Positions 1 through 8,873 of a DNA stretch of 64,000 nt are shown here, in pieces. The notes under the pieces are model-generated. The model did not search any database, had not been told where the DNA came from, and saw nothing but the letters and a program-made list of their open reading frames with translations. The translations under genes were made by a program, and so were the position numbers. Positions within the stretch are counted from its first letter, which is position 1. Every line of letters begins with the position of its first letter. Source of the DNA: Syntrophaceae bacterium (GTDB taxonomy: Bacteria; Desulfobacterota; Syntrophia; Syntrophales; UBA2185); contig PLLV01000135.1 of NCBI GenBank assembly GCA_003142295.1, forward strand, positions 3,795 to 67,794, read 5' to 3'.

Positions 1-1090
1 CATCCCCCAGTTCTTCCGCGGTGATCCGCTGTATGTAGTCCACGAAGTACGATGCCTGGTGGACGGGGGCGCTACTACGTGGCCGGATCCGCACCGGCGC
101 GTTTGACGCCCTGTGGAACTCATCTTCCCGGATCATCTCAAGCTGGCGCATCCGCGCCAGAACTGCGTTGCGCCGCTCCTGCGCCGCCTTAGGGTTCCTT
201 AAGAGGGAGTACCGGTTCGGGGAGCGGATGATCCCGGCGAGTAGCGCCGACTCCTCAAGGGAAATATCCTTTGCCTGCTTCGAGAAATAGAATCCCGCCG
301 CCTCTTCGATGCCGTAGATCCCCCGGAGGCCCTCCTGCCCGAAGTAAATCTTGTTAAGGTACATCTCAAGGATCTGTTTTTTCGAGTACCGCAACTCAAG
401 AATGAGCGCGAGTTCCGCCTCGCGCAGTTTGCGCCCGAGGGTCTTCTTTGGGGAGAGGAAGAAGTTCTTCGCGAGTTGTTGAGTGATGGTGGAGCCGCCC
501 TGAGCGAACCGCTGCTCCTTGAGGTTGGTAAACAATGCCCGGCCGATCGCGAGGACGTCGATCCCGATATGGGAATAAAAGCGCGCGTCTTCAGACGCGA
601 TCACCGCATTCTGCAGGAAAGGAGAAATGGCGGAGAGGGTAACCGGGCGCCGGGACTCCATCTTCGGACCCATGATGCGGCCGATCTCCTCCGGTTCCAG
701 GTGGATCGATTCCAGCTGCACACCGGCCGGGGAGACCAGCGACACGACTCGCCCGTCGCGAACCACGATGTCCACCGGGCCGCTATCGTGGGAGGGTTTT
801 TCGGTTCCGTTGTCGCGGGGGAATATCTGGATATTCGCCCGCTCTTCGGAGAATGTCCCGGCTGTGGATGGCTTTCCCACGACTTTCCTGTAGGAGAGTC
901 TATGCAGTCGCTCGGCAAAGCGGAGATTCCCGAGGTGGTCCCCCTTACGGATCTCCGTGGGGCGGCCGTAAAGGATGGAGGGGGCTTCCCAGGCGTCCCC
1001 TGCAACCCCCCGACCTACCTTGTAGTACAGGTAGCCGATGTGGAGCAGCAGGGCCACTGCGAGGGATAGAAGGAGATATCTTCGGATCAA
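1..1090 (-). CDS. Penicillin-binding protein 1A family (transglycosylase/transpeptidase), N-terminal part; the 3' end lies beyond the window start
   Basis: Absent from the ORF track because it runs off the left edge. Hand translation of the minus strand gives a TM helix (YLLLSLAVALLLHIGYLYY), then GT51 motifs SEDARFYSHIGID and GGSTITQQLAKNFFLSPKKTLGRKLREAELALILELRYSKKQILEMYLNKIYFGQ. The start is tentatively TTG at 1090. Confidence 0.8.
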   Translation of the reverse strand, partial: MIRRYLLLSLAVALLLHIGYLYYKVGRGVAGDAWEAPSILYGRPTEIRKGDHLGNLRFAERLHRLSYRKVVGKPSTAGTFSEERANIQIFPRDNGTEKPSHDSGPVDIVVRDGRVVSLVSPAGVQLESIHLEPEEIGRIMGPKMESRRPVTLSAISPFLQNAVIASEDARFYSHIGIDVLAIGRALFTNLKEQRFAQGGSTITQQLAKNFFLSPKKTLGRKLREAELALILELRYSKKQILEMYLNKIYFGQEGLRGIYGIEEAAGFYFSKQAKDISLEESALLAGIIRSPNRYSLLRNPKAAQERRNAVLARMRQLEMIREDEFHRASNAPVRIRPRSSAPVHQASYFVDYIQRITAEELGD

Positions 1091-1156
1091 AGTGTCCTTC
1101 CCGCCGCTTCTATGAAGGGCCGAAGCGTCGCCATCACGACGATGATCTTGAATTTC

Positions 1157-1525
1157 TTATGTTGCAAATTGATAAGAACTTGTTTTTGCATAAGTTGAGG
1201 ATACGGAGTGGGGAACCTTTTTCAACACACTCGCGCATAACCATTCCCCGAATTCCACCCCCCGCTTTTGATACTCTAAAGGGCACGCGTGGCAGGAGGG
1301 GCAGAAATGACGCCGCTTGCAGGAGAATGCCAGGAGGTATTCACGTGTGCCCTTTAGGGTATGGCCGCATTCTTTGCATTTCACACGGGCAAACCCGTTG
1401 TGGATGTCGCCGCAATCCAGATACCGATAAATAACCTGCTGGACGTAAGGTCGACAGAATCCGTAGTACCTTGAGAAATGCGCATCATAGATACGAACAA
1501 AGGATTTATCGCCTAAATCCGGCAT
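1157..1525 (-). pseudogene. IS91-family transposase remnant (N-terminal zinc-binding domain only)
   Basis: The 122-aa ORF carries YLDCGDIHNGFARVKCKECGH...LLAFSCKRRHFCPSCH...QKRGVEFGEWL...VLKKVPH, typical of the Zn_Tnp_IS91 N-domain. The catalytic HUH/Y2 domain is missing and the sequence diverges after VPH. It is wedged between the PBP and radical SAM genes. Confidence 0.6.
1276..1357. repeat. 15-nt inverted repeat pair (14/15) inside the IS91 remnant
   Basis: ctaaagggcacgcgt (1276-1290) is the reverse complement of acgtgtgccctttag (1343-1357) apart from one mismatch. Each arm sits within an in-frame 18-nt insertion (TLKGTR / ACPLEY) relative to the family consensus as I recall it. Confidence 0.7.
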
Positions 1526-2817
1526 CCCTCTTCAAAGTATTTACGATTCATGAATCTCCCCAAGTTCAGGGCGAGGATTTCGAAGAAATCTTTTCTCTTT
1601 CCGGACAACCTTTTGGCTATTAAGGGAAGAGAATAAAACCTCTTGTAGGCAGTTATGTATCCCTCCATAAGCTGGCTTTCCGTCATGAGGGCGGGTTTAA
1701 ACACGACATGGTTGGCGTCATATCTTGACCAGTCCTTATGTAGAATGCGGCCGTCCTCCTCCATTTTTTTAAATAGGCGTGTTCCAGGAAAGGGGGTCAG
1801 GATATAGAAATTGGCGCCGCCAAGCCTGTTGTCCATGCAGAAGCTCAGGGTGCGATCAAAAACGCTTTCGTCATCATTATCCAGGCCGAACATAAACGAT
1901 CCGAAAATATTGATCCCTTTTTGATGCACGAGGGAAATGGATTCAGCATATTGTTCGACAATATTTATTTTCTCCTTTTTCATGGCCTTCAGGTTATCGG
2001 GATTAGTGCTCTCAAAACCGACAAAGATCCACTTGCAGCCGCTTCGGGCCGCTAAATCAAGGAGCTCGGGATTATGGGCCACCAGGACATCTCCTTGTCC
2101 GTACCAGCGTCTTTTGAGTGGGATCATTTTCTCAAACAGTTCCTTGGCCCGATTGGGATGTCCAAACATATTGTCGTCGATGAAGAGAATATCACCGGGA
2201 GGCATGGACTTAATTCCTTCGATAACCTCCTCGACGGGGCGGAGACGAAATTTATGACCCCAGAACTGGCTTACGGAACAGTACTCGCAGTCGTGGGGAC
2301 AGCCACGGGCCGTTTCCATGATGTTTCTGAAGGAATACCGCCCCTCCTTGAGAAGATCAAGAGGAGGAGTGGGTAGGCCATAGAGGTTATGGAGTTGTTC
2401 CGCCCTATATTTCTTTTTCAGTACACCATTGAAAAAGTCCGTAAAAAGCCCTTCTATGATCCCTTCAGATTCCCCGATAACTAATGAATCTGCATAACGA
2501 GCTGCCTCGTCGGGCAGGAAAAACACGTGAACGCCCCCCATGACCACGGGAATGCCGCGCTTTCGAAAAAGTTCGGCGATTTCATATCCCCGTAGGGCCG
2601 TTGACGTCATGATAGTGATGCCAACAAGATCGGCGGGGACCTCTTCATCAATGTCTTCAATGTTTTCATCGATGATGCGAACCTCGAAGTATTTCCTTGC
2701 GTAGGCGGCGATAACCAGCAGATTCAACTGGGCAACTGATGATTTTCGTCTCCTCGTGGAACGACAGCTATCCTTCAGAGCGGCAGGATGTATTAACAGT
2801 AATAGGGGTTTTTTCAT
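1513..2817 (-). CDS. B12-binding-domain radical SAM protein (class B)
   Basis: 434 aa. The N-terminal Rossmann-like B12-binding region (DLVGITIMTSTA, VVMGGVH) is followed by the radical SAM cluster motif CPHDCEYC. Confidence 0.85.
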   Translation of the reverse strand: MKKPLLLLIHPAALKDSCRSTRRRKSSVAQLNLLVIAAYARKYFEVRIIDENIEDIDEEVPADLVGITIMTSTALRGYEIAELFRKRGIPVVMGGVHVFFLPDEAARYADSLVIGESEGIIEGLFTDFFNGVLKKKYRAEQLHNLYGLPTPPLDLLKEGRYSFRNIMETARGCPHDCEYCSVSQFWGHKFRLRPVEEVIEGIKSMPPGDILFIDDNMFGHPNRAKELFEKMIPLKRRWYGQGDVLVAHNPELLDLAARSGCKWIFVGFESTNPDNLKAMKKEKINIVEQYAESISLVHQKGINIFGSFMFGLDNDDESVFDRTLSFCMDNRLGGANFYILTPFPGTRLFKKMEEDGRILHKDWSRYDANHVVFKPALMTESQLMEGYITAYKRFYSLPLIAKRLSGKRKDFFEILALNLGRFMNRKYFEEGCRI

Positions 2818-2858
2818 GGTAGCCTATTCTCTCAGTTAACGAGGTAATAAGAATGTAA

Positions 2859-3086
2859 TTTGAGTCGAGTATACCGGTGGTTTCTCCAGATACTACAGGT
2901 TGTGGTTTGTTTTTTCCGATAACCACCTTGTTTAGCGACGGTGCCACAATATGTCATCCATGTATACATTGGCCCCAAACCTTCACATAGCTGCCCATAC
3001 ATATCATAATTCTCGATGAAACAGCACTAATGATGACGGGTTGAAAACCTGCATATTCATCGAGATTGACGATTTGTGGATAACAG
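2859..3086 (-). promoter_or_regulatory. Copy E of the recurrent promoter/leader cassette (upstream of the radical SAM gene)
   Basis: Minus-strand reading: CTGTTATCCACAAATCGTCAA...TCGATGA, hairpin GGTT/AACC, ATCATT, TTAGTG-16 nt-TATGAT. There is also a leader segment at 2859-2898 shared with copy A. Confidence 0.5.
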
Positions 3087-3300
3087 TCAATAAAGATTAC
3101 TGTTTGAAAGGCTGGATCTCCGTCAGAATTGCCGTATGCTTTGTTACAGAAAGTTATGAGGACTCTCGTTAACCCAGGATGACTCACGCTAAGATTAAGA
3201 CGAGAATGCAAAATTGCCGATGGAAGCACTAAACTAAGTGCTAAGTGGCGGCGCGTAGAGACTGCGGTCAAAACCGAACCGCATGGTTACGCCGCCTGCA

Positions 3301-4494
3301 TCAGTGCCGGGCCATAAGGTGCTGAACCGCCTTTTCCAGGCCGTCCAAAGTCAGTTCGAACATGGGAAAGACCTGGTGGATCATGCCGACAGTAAAGGTG
3401 TGGCGCCAGTCAAGCTCAGGCTGGGGATTGAGCCATACGGAATGGCGAAAGATATTGGCGAGATATTTCAGACGCTCCAGGCCGGTTCCGACCTCCACCT
3501 GGTCGATGTATATCGCCCCGTTCGTGTGGATCAGCTCATAGGGGGCCATACTCGCATCGCCAACGATGATCAGCCGCGTCTCCGGATCCTTGCGGATAAA
3601 CTCTTCAATAGGCTCCGGTTTGTAGCGTCGTTGCGGGTCCTGCCAGACACGGCTGTAAATGGTGTTATGGAAGAAGTAGATTTTCAAATCCTTGAACTGG
3701 CTCCGGGCATAATGGAACAGGGTCTGCACGACTTCGACATAGGGGTCCATGGACCAGCCGCCGTTGTCGATCATGAGGATGATTTTGAGACGGTCCGATA
3801 ACCGACGGTCGAAGATGATCTCGATTTCTCCGGCGTTGCGCATTGTCTCATAGATGGTCTCATCCACATTTACCAGATCTTTTGGACCGGAGGGAATCAT
3901 CCGGCGCAGCCGCTTCAAGGCCTCGCCCATCTGCACCTCTGTCAGGGGGCCTTCCTGGGAATAATCCTTATATCGCCTTTCCATGGCCACTTTGACGGCC
4001 GATTTGTTTCGGGACTGCCCGCCCACGCGCATCCCGCCTGGATGATAGCCTGAATGTCCGACCGGTGAGGTGCCTCCCGTGCCGATCCATCGGTTTCCCC
4101 CGTGATGGGCTTCCGTCTGATCCTTAAGCCGGTCAAGAAAATATTGGATAAGCTCTTCGGGCGTCATCTTTTTCAGTTTTGATTCGTCCAGACCAAGGGC
4201 CTCAGCGATTTGCTCCGGGTTCTTCAGCCATTCTTCCAGTAGCGCCTTCACGATCTCCGTGAGCTCGATCTCTTCCGGCGCCCGCAGGGCAATGCCGCGG
4301 AAGAAATGCGCGAAGACCTGATCATACATATCGAAATAACGCTCGCTCTTTACGAGGATTGCACGGGCGGTCGTGTAAAAATCATCGACGGACTGGATAA
4401 TGCCAAGGCTCAAAGCCTTCTGCAGCCGCAAAAAAGACGTGGGCGACATGGGAAGCCCCCGCTCACGCAGCTTATAAAAGAATTCGATAAACAA
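3301..4494 (-). CDS. VWA-domain protein, CoxE-like (partner of the MoxR ATPase)
   Basis: 397 aa, immediately downstream of the MoxR-type AAA gene with a 12-nt gap. The C-terminal half has a VWA-like MIDAS context (LMIDNGGWSMDP, IIVGDASMAP). Confidence 0.7.
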   Translation of the reverse strand: MFIEFFYKLRERGLPMSPTSFLRLQKALSLGIIQSVDDFYTTARAILVKSERYFDMYDQVFAHFFRGIALRAPEEIELTEIVKALLEEWLKNPEQIAEALGLDESKLKKMTPEELIQYFLDRLKDQTEAHHGGNRWIGTGGTSPVGHSGYHPGGMRVGGQSRNKSAVKVAMERRYKDYSQEGPLTEVQMGEALKRLRRMIPSGPKDLVNVDETIYETMRNAGEIEIIFDRRLSDRLKIILMIDNGGWSMDPYVEVVQTLFHYARSQFKDLKIYFFHNTIYSRVWQDPQRRYKPEPIEEFIRKDPETRLIIVGDASMAPYELIHTNGAIYIDQVEVGTGLERLKYLANIFRHSVWLNPQPELDWRHTFTVGMIHQVFPMFELTLDGLEKAVQHLMARH

Positions 4495-4506
4495 ATCCGG
4501 TTCCTC

Positions 4507-5355
4507 TCAGCGCATCCTCGCCGCCTGCTGGGCGGCAGCAGCCAGATCAGCGCTCTTCTTGAAAAGGATGCCCAAATAGGGCGTGTTTCCCCGGGTGAGC
4601 GATTTCAAATGCATATCGGGGTCCGTCTTCAAGGCGCGAATCCAGTTGATCAGTTCCCGCGTGGCCGGCTTCTTTTCGATCCCCTTGAAATCCCTCAGGC
4701 GGTAGAAGGCCTCGATGCACGCCTCGGAGAGATCCCTGCTGAGATTGGGGAAATGAACACCCACAATGAGCCGCATCGTCCCGACATCGGGAAAGGCGAT
4801 GTGATGAAAATTGCAGCGGCCCAAAAAGGGATCGGAGAGGTCCTTCTTCGCGTTGGATGTAATGATGATCACCGGCCGGTGGCGCGCCGTAACGGTCTTG
4901 TCAATTTCTATGATATCGAACTGCATCTGGTCGAGAACGTCGAGCATGTCGTCCTGAAAATCGCTGTCGGCCTTGTCGATCTCGTCGATTAGCAGCACCG
5001 TCCGCAGGTCCGATACAAAGGCCTGGCCGATTTTCCCCATCCGGATGTATTCCTCGATATTGCTGACATCCCGCTTGGAATCCCCGAAGCGGCTGTCGTT
5101 CAGGCGCGTCAGTGTATCGTATTGATACAGGGCGTCCACAAGCTTCATGCTGGACTTCACGTTCAGCACGATCAGGGGCATCTTCAGGCTTTCGGCAATG
5201 GCGTGGGCGAGCATTGTCTTGCCCGTGCCCGGCTCGCCCTTGAGCAGGAGCGGCATTTCCAGGGCTATGGAGACATTCACAACCTTTGCCAACTCGTCAT
5301 CGAGAATGTATTTGGACCCGCCGCGAAAAGAATTGCTATCTGTGCTCATACACAA
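4507..5355 (-). CDS. MoxR-family AAA+ ATPase (CoxD-like)
   Basis: 282 aa with Walker A GEPGTGKT and Walker B LLIDEIDKA. Size and neighbourhood are typical of MoxR/VWA pairs. Confidence 0.85.
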   Translation of the reverse strand: MCMSTDSNSFRGGSKYILDDELAKVVNVSIALEMPLLLKGEPGTGKTMLAHAIAESLKMPLIVLNVKSSMKLVDALYQYDTLTRLNDSRFGDSKRDVSNIEEYIRMGKIGQAFVSDLRTVLLIDEIDKADSDFQDDMLDVLDQMQFDIIEIDKTVTARHRPVIIITSNAKKDLSDPFLGRCNFHHIAFPDVGTMRLIVGVHFPNLSRDLSEACIEAFYRLRDFKGIEKKPATRELINWIRALKTDPDMHLKSLTRGNTPYLGILFKKSADLAAAAQQAARMR

Positions 5356-5483
5356 ACTCCTTTTATAACTACGACGTTAAACGCCGGATATTTTTTGAAT
5401 CATGCCTTCCTATTTCATCTGTGGAAAAATTACCAGCTTTTTTTCATTAGACACGGTCAATAATGCCTTCATATCTGACCAAA

Positions 5484-6224
5484 TTACCGAAGAGACCTGA
5501 GGATTGCATCCTTTGTCTTTTCCATAGCGGAGAGCTTGACTTCCATGGTCATTGTTGACTCGTAGCCCTTCTCCTTAAGAAGGGTAAATATCCGCCGGTA
5601 GTCCACGGCGCCATCTCCGAGGGGCAGATGGAAGTCATCCTTTGGTGAAGTGCCGCCGCGGTTGTCATGAACATGAACATGCTCTATCCAGGGGAAACAG
5701 TTTTCGATGAAGCCGAAAGATGTGTTCTCCCTGGACAGAAGCTGACCGTGGCCTATGTCCAAAGTCATTTTCAAGTCGGGAACGTTATGAAACATAGGCA
5801 TAAAATTATAATAACGCTCACTGAGATTCTCGATGCATAAAATGACGCCCGCGTTCCTGGCAGAAGCGACCATCTCCGACGCCAACTCGATCTTTCGGGA
5901 GGCCGCTTCGTGCGAAACATACCTTTCGTCCATCCAGAAATGGAATGTTCCCTTCGTGATGCCAAGCGCTCCCGACAGGTCGAAGAGTCTCTTCATGCGG
6001 AGAACAAATCGCTCCTCAAGAATCTTTGCATCAAAGGCGTCATCTTCATTTGGATAATGGGCAATATAGGTGATACCATAAAGGGTCTTCAGTCTTAAGA
6101 GTTCGTCAAGCTCACGCTCGACATCTTCCGGGACATAAAGCGAAATCTCGGCAAAAGGATATCCGAGTTTTCCAACTTCGTGAATCTGTTCTATCGAGTG
6201 AGCTCTCCCGCCGATGATGAACAT
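5484..6224 (-). CDS. Sugar phosphate isomerase/epimerase (xylose-isomerase-like TIM barrel)
   Basis: 246 aa. It carries the metal-ligand style motifs IENL...DIGH...HVHVHDN...H.PLGDG characteristic of the AP_endonuc_2 family. Confidence 0.7.
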   Translation of the reverse strand: MFIIGGRAHSIEQIHEVGKLGYPFAEISLYVPEDVERELDELLRLKTLYGITYIAHYPNEDDAFDAKILEERFVLRMKRLFDLSGALGITKGTFHFWMDERYVSHEAASRKIELASEMVASARNAGVILCIENLSERYYNFMPMFHNVPDLKMTLDIGHGQLLSRENTSFGFIENCFPWIEHVHVHDNRGGTSPKDDFHLPLGDGAVDYRRIFTLLKEKGYESTMTMEVKLSAMEKTKDAILRSLR

Positions 6225-6577
6225 CCTGCATCCACCTGATGCCTTTCTTTAGGATTTGATTTGAATAGACCGGTCCCTCCTGCACGGCAGGTTGAGGTTT
6301 GTATACTCCGGCCATTTCTGGACCGTAGATATATCAAACCTGAGCAGAAGATGCATTTCAATTATTATGGACTATGACAAGCGAACTGTCTCATGCGCCG
6401 CTATCAATTGTCTAAACATAGAGGATTCGGACGATTTTAGGAAATGTAACTTATAGAACGAATTGTCTTGACTTTGTCCAAATTGAGAGTAGTCTAAATA
6501 TAAGACCATGTAATAGACATCACTGAAAAAGTTGATGAGCCCCCTTCCCATATAGAGAAACAAAGAAACTATTAAAG

Positions 6578-6615
6578 CCCTGTCCATTACAATGAGACAG
6601 GGTTTTTTGTTTTTG
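6578..6615 (+). terminator. Orphan intrinsic terminator on the plus strand
   Basis: CCCTGTC-cattacaatga-GACAGGG is followed by TTTTTTGTTTTT. No annotated plus-strand gene ends here. Confidence 0.5.
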
Positions 6616-6624
6616 GGGTGGATA

Positions 6625-6765
6625 AGAATTCAGGGGCATTGAATTCGGTAGCGAGCGCATTCCCCGTAGCTTGCTGCGGGGTAAGCGAGCGAATGACGAA
6701 CGATACTATTCCCTAAGAATCGAAGATTCTCCGCAGCTTGCTGCGGAGAGCTTCAAATTGTACAT
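6625..6765. repeat. Palindromic REP-like elements (GCAGC-AAGCT type)
   Basis: gaattcaggggcattgaattc, ccccgtagcttgctgcgggg and ctccgcagcttgctgcggag. A related copy, ccccgcggcttgccgc, lies at about 60865-60890. Confidence 0.6.
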
Positions 6766-6791
6766 GATATTTATGACAAGGAGGGTACAAA

Positions 6792-7100
6792 GTGAATATA
6801 CACCTGATCGAACATACGAATAATTTTGCCAAGCTGTCAGATAATGTATGGGAAAGTGGTTGGTGGACACTGGATGAAAATAAAGCTCAAAAACTGGTTG
6901 GGGGTGAGATTTTTTTTCATAAAAAGAAACAAGAGCCTTCCTTTTATGGTGGAACCATACTGGGGTATAGAGTGGAGCAAGATGGACAGTATGAGGGGAA
7001 GATTATTTTCAAGCTCCAACATAAGAAATCATGTAGAGATGTCAGGACAGACAAATCCGGATGGTCTAAGGAGATGAAGATAATAGGGATGGAACAGTGA
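6792..7100 (+). CDS. Hypothetical protein (102 aa, GTG start)
   Basis: The ORF has GAGGG 6-10 nt upstream and lies in an AT-richer island flanked by REP clusters. I recognised no motif. Confidence 0.45.
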   Translation: MNIHLIEHTNNFAKLSDNVWESGWWTLDENKAQKLVGGEIFFHKKKQEPSFYGGTILGYRVEQDGQYEGKIIFKLQHKKSCRDVRTDKSGWSKEMKIIGMEQ

Positions 7101-7119
7101 GTCGAAAAGGATAAAGACC

Positions 7120-7500
7120 ATGGCTGAAGATTTGATGGACTATTGGGTGAGACTTATAAAGCCGATTTTCCCGACGAACGCCTGGATTGTTTCACAGTTC
7201 TCCGACAACGATCATATAATACAAATTGATTGGAACATCGACAACAATACAAAGCGATCAAACAAGCGCTCCAAGAAAATTCAGATAATAATCAAAGAGG
7301 ATGCAATTGACCAGTATCTCGACAAGAACAAGCAGGATCGTGAATTATATGGTGACACACTAAAGCAATTTATTGGCGAGCGGTATAATCATTTTAATCC
7401 TGATAACGATGCCCTCACGAACAGATCTGTACGCACGGAGAAATGGTTAGTCTCAAAGGATATCCTTAATACATTGACCCCCTCCCATAGCTTGATGTAA
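7120..7500 (+). CDS. Hypothetical protein (126 aa)
   Basis: The ORF lies 19 nt downstream of the previous one on the same strand. It is lysine/asparagine-rich with no recognisable motif. Confidence 0.45.
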   Translation: MAEDLMDYWVRLIKPIFPTNAWIVSQFSDNDHIIQIDWNIDNNTKRSNKRSKKIQIIIKEDAIDQYLDKNKQDRELYGDTLKQFIGERYNHFNPDNDALTNRSVRTEKWLVSKDILNTLTPSHSLM

Positions 7501-7584
7501 CTTTTAAAGATATAGTTCTGCGGTCAACACAACTCTCAATGTCCACACCCTCAATCCAATCCCTTGACAAATAATTCTTCAATC

Positions 7585-7683
7585 TGTCATTCCCGCCCCC
7601 GCGCGGAGCCTGCCCTCGAATGTCTTTATCGGGGGGCGGGAATCCGACCACCCCCTGTCATTCCCGCGCAGGCGGGAATCCAG
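7585..7683. repeat. REP family 1 (cattcccgc..gcgggaatcc stem-loops), two units
   Basis: The long unit at 7585-7647 is an inverted copy of the element at 19526-19582 (gagcctgccctcgaatgtc core). The short unit is tgtcattcccgcgcaggcgggaatccag at 7656-7683. Confidence 0.8.
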
Positions 7684-7806
7684 TGTTTTTCCAATCGTTG
7701 AACAAGATGTAATAGTCTTTTCCAAAGTTCCAAGATATAATGCGGTGTGAAACGGGCAATTATCAAAGAGTACTCACTATATCTAAATCATCCGGAGGAA
7801 AGAGAG

Positions 7807-8475
7807 ATGAAAATACTGGGTATAAACGCCAGCCCAAAGGGCTCTAAGAGCGAGACCCTGAAGTTGGTCAAGGCAGTTCTGAATGGGGCGAAATCTAAAG
7901 GCTTCAAGGTGGAACTGGTGGAGCTCTGCAAGTTGAATATAGAATACTGCAACGCCTGCGGGGTATGTTACAAGAAAGGAAAATGCGTGAAGAGAGACGA
8001 CTTTCAGTTCCTCTATAAGAAGCTACTGGCCGCTGACGGTCTGGTTATGGGATCCCCGAACTACTTCAGGTCGGTCACCGCCCAGATGAAGACCGTGATA
8101 GACCGCATGGCCGACGCTGTCCACTGTCAGCTTCTGACGGGTAAGTACAGCGTCAACGTAGCCACCTCCGGAGGCCCCGGTCAGTATCGGCAGGTCACGG
8201 AGTACTTGAATGAGATCATGCTCAACTTCGGGTCCTTCGTTACCGGAAGCACAGGGGTATCCATAAGATCGGGTCCAAGGGCTTTGGAGAACGCCGGGAA
8301 AAAGGCCTTCCAGCTCGGCTGCGCACTGGCAGAGGATATCAAGGCCGGGAAGGATTACAGAAAGCAGAGAAGGCGGCAGGAGAAAAACAGAAAGTACTTT
8401 CAAAATCTGGTGAAGATGTACAAGGACGAGTGGATCCACGAATACAAATATTGGGACAAGAAGAACTGGCAGTAA
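7807..8475 (+). CDS. Iron-sulfur flavoprotein / NADPH-dependent FMN reductase family
   Basis: MKILGINASPKG flavodoxin-like N-terminus and compact Cys motif CNACGVCYKKGKC (CxxCxxCx5C). The start was moved to the ATG at 7807, which has GGAGGAAAGAG upstream. Confidence 0.8.
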   Translation: MKILGINASPKGSKSETLKLVKAVLNGAKSKGFKVELVELCKLNIEYCNACGVCYKKGKCVKRDDFQFLYKKLLAADGLVMGSPNYFRSVTAQMKTVIDRMADAVHCQLLTGKYSVNVATSGGPGQYRQVTEYLNEIMLNFGSFVTGSTGVSIRSGPRALENAGKKAFQLGCALAEDIKAGKDYRKQRRRQEKNRKYFQNLVKMYKDEWIHEYKYWDKKNWQ

Positions 8476-8503
8476 TGAAATGAGGACGCTTACATTATTG
8501 TGT

Positions 8504-8650
8504 GCCATTCCCGCATTTCATACTGTCATTCCCGCGGAGGCGGGAATCCAGAATATCTTACTTACCCCTCGTCTCTTGCTCCTTGCATCTTTCACTTTGT
8601 CATTTCGACCCCTTCGTTTACTCAAGGTAAACTCCGGGAGAAATCTTGCT
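8504..8650. repeat. REP family 1 unit plus REP family 2 unit (gtcatttcgacccctt...)
   Basis: tgtcattcccgcggaggcgggaatccag (family 1). tgtcatttcgaccccttcgtttactcaaggtaaactccgggagaaatc (family 2, also seen at 36003-36130 and 14008-14050). Confidence 0.75.
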
Positions 8651-8873
8651 GCCATTTCTAATTGTTTCACCTACAAAAGTCACACTTAGCTGCATCATTG
8701 AGAATCAATGATAACCGTTTGAAAGTTAGCATTGTAGCCCTTATAGAGTGAATATACCTTATTGCCCTGTCCAGTTTTGGGGAAGAGTTAGAACTGCATT
8801 TTTCCCGCCTTTTCAAATAGGCACAACCTGTTCTTTTATCGTTCTGAAGACATTGGTTATTCCTGGAGCATCC

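Noticed and set aside
476-1069. Long ORFs on the opposite strand or in the wrong frame of real genes. Examples: 476-1069, 853-1434, 3283-3801, 4306-4992, 14231-14941, 16748-17347, 23067-23885, 23914-24402, 50822-51586, 56535-57110, 57399-58331.
   Set aside because: They lie entirely within genes carrying clear family motifs on the other strand or frame. Their translations are low-complexity (Arg/Pro/Gly-rich), as expected for shadow ORFs in GC-richer coding DNA.
3076-3084. Perfect DnaA-box sequence TTATCCACA (minus strand) at 3076-3084 and again at 61031-61039.
   Set aside because: These are single boxes embedded in the repeated promoter cassette. There is no cluster of boxes, no AT-rich unwinding element and no dnaA/dnaN neighbourhood, so this is not an origin.
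2954-3271. A 105-aa minus-strand ORF between the radical SAM and VWA genes.
   Set aside because: It spans the non-coding promoter/leader cassette copy E, has no RBS, and its sequence is low-complexity. It is most likely not a gene.
6367-6456. A 29-codon Cys-containing ORF (MDYDKRTVSCAAINCLNIEDSDDFRKCNL) near the radical SAM and isomerase region, as a possible RiPP precursor.
   Set aside because: It has no Shine-Dalgarno sequence, lies 3.5 kb from the radical SAM gene with unrelated genes in between, and there is no supporting conservation evidence.
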